This document shows, one piece after another, positions 63,108 to 64,000 of a stretch of DNA of 64,000 bases (its first letter is position 1; the number at the start of each line of letters is the position of its first letter). A program made the translations under genes and the position numbers. The stretch covers positions 2,112,001-2,176,000 of the forward strand of contig CAXXVS010000002.1 in NCBI GenBank assembly GCA_963674755.2, written 5' to 3'. The DNA comes from Desulfobacterales bacterium (GTDB lineage: Bacteria > Desulfobacterota > Desulfobacteria > Desulfobacterales > UBA5852). Below the pieces are notes generated by a model. That model was not told where the DNA came from and did not search any database. It saw only the letters and a program-made list of their open reading frames with translations.

Positions 63108-63123
63108 TGGTATTTTCCTTGGA

Positions 63124-63786
63124 TTAGATACCCATGTTGCGGCACAGCACCCGCGTCGTGTATGACCGTTCGACAAGACCTTCTTTTCCGGCGTTTTCCT
63201 CCACCGTCATACTTATCTGGACGGAACGAATCTCTTCCAGATCGCTGGTTTCGAGACCGTCTTCATTGAAATAGCGAAACCGTAACGCCGTTACATCGTT
63301 CACCAATTGCTGGGTAGATTGAACGGGTGCGCCGGTATACAAACGAAGATTCAAGGATTGCGTGGCGGCTTCGTAGTAGTAATTGACATTTTCGAAGTTA
63401 TCATCGTCGATTTTACCGTTGGCCTCTTCTTCCCCGTCCGGCACTCGATCACAAGTAAAGCGGATCGATGTTGCCCCCGCTTCCTGGAAGCCGGCTTCGG
63501 GCAATCCGTTGGCATCCAAGCCTTGAAGCTCCCGCGTGGGATCCAGGCCGGCCAAGCGAATGTCGTTGGCCATTACTTCGACCGCCATCCGCACGACCTG
63601 CTGAGCGCTCGAGGCCACGTCGGTCGCGGTATAGGATCGGCTTAAAGGAAGCAAAACAGTCATGGCCGCCGCTATGAAAACCCCCATCATGGCGATTGTA
63701 ACGAGGACCTCAATAAGCGTAAAACCGGATTCGCGGCTCTGCTTCAACATAAAGCCATTCCAATCGTTGTACGTGCATTGTCTCAT
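63124..63786 (-). CDS. pilW: PilW-like minor pilin with prepilin N-methylation motif
   Basis: GFTLIEVLVTIAMMG, DIRLAG.DP, L.FRY, VQISMT, RNMG. Confidence 0.87.
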   Translation of the reverse strand: MRQCTYNDWNGFMLKQSRESGFTLIEVLVTIAMMGVFIAAAMTVLLPLSRSYTATDVASSAQQVVRMAVEVMANDIRLAGLDPTRELQGLDANGLPEAGFQEAGATSIRFTCDRVPDGEEEANGKIDDDNFENVNYYYEAATQSLNLRLYTGAPVQSTQQLVNDVTALRFRYFNEDGLETSDLEEIRSVQISMTVEENAGKEGLVERSYTTRVLCRNMGI

Positions 63787-64000
63787 AGCTTCCACCGTTC
63801 ATAAGTCAGTGATTTGAGCTCAAAGGTTCGATCCCCCCCGTGGGCCGCGTGCCATTGCACCTGGACAGTCACTTCTCGCGCATAACTGTCCAAGGGAGCG
63901 GCCGGCGCTTCGATCGTAGTCGTACGGTTGTAAATACCGCCTGGGTTGCCGTCTCCATCGAGATTGTTTTCCACGACGGGACTAGCCAAAGCGTCCAGAT
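63783..64000 (-). CDS. 3' part of a PilV-like minor pilin (starts outside the window)
   Basis: YNRTTTI...REVTVQVQW C-terminal pattern; ATGA overlap with pilW. Confidence 0.65.
   Translation of the reverse strand, partial: LDALASPVVENNLDGDGNPGGIYNRTTTIEAPAAPLDSYAREVTVQVQWHAAHGGDRTFELKSLTYERWKL

Overview
Chromosomal window from a deltaproteobacterium, probably a sulfate-reducing Desulfobacterales (inferred from gene content and protein style, not from a search). Bases 1-45 kb are mostly core genome: fadN-like/thiolase beta-oxidation pair, YejABE/OppDF-type peptide ABC transporter, rplM-rpsI, CYTH gene, tolQRAB-pal-cpoB-ruvCAB, sdhCAB, MscS, an EIIA(Ntr-like)-ClC-USP operon, dnaX-ybaB-recR, two tRNA-Ser, hflKC and groESL. 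Bases 45-64 kb look more AT-rich by eye and form a type IV pilus accessory region: TsaP-like LysM protein, PilB/GspE ATPase, a 744-aa protein of unknown function, an intact IS630, and a pilV-pilW-pilX-pilY1-(pilY2-like) cluster. The best candidate for an undescribed system is the 3129-aa PilY1. It has about 10 Calx-beta-like stalk domains (five are near-identical 345-bp tandem repeats), MopE-type Cys/Asp motifs, and a vWA domain with an apparently circularly permuted Golvesin/xanthan-lyase-like module inserted. Other notable signals are an A11 run in dnaX where either single-base slip removes the 42-aa C-terminal tail, three palindromic operator-like boxes upstream of fadN, an internally deleted EEP pseudogene, a ~100-bp palindromic element resembling IS200/IS605 ends, and two small genes missed by the ORF track (a bS22/AURKAIP1-like protein and a 58-aa protein). 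All family assignments come from motif recognition; no database search was run.
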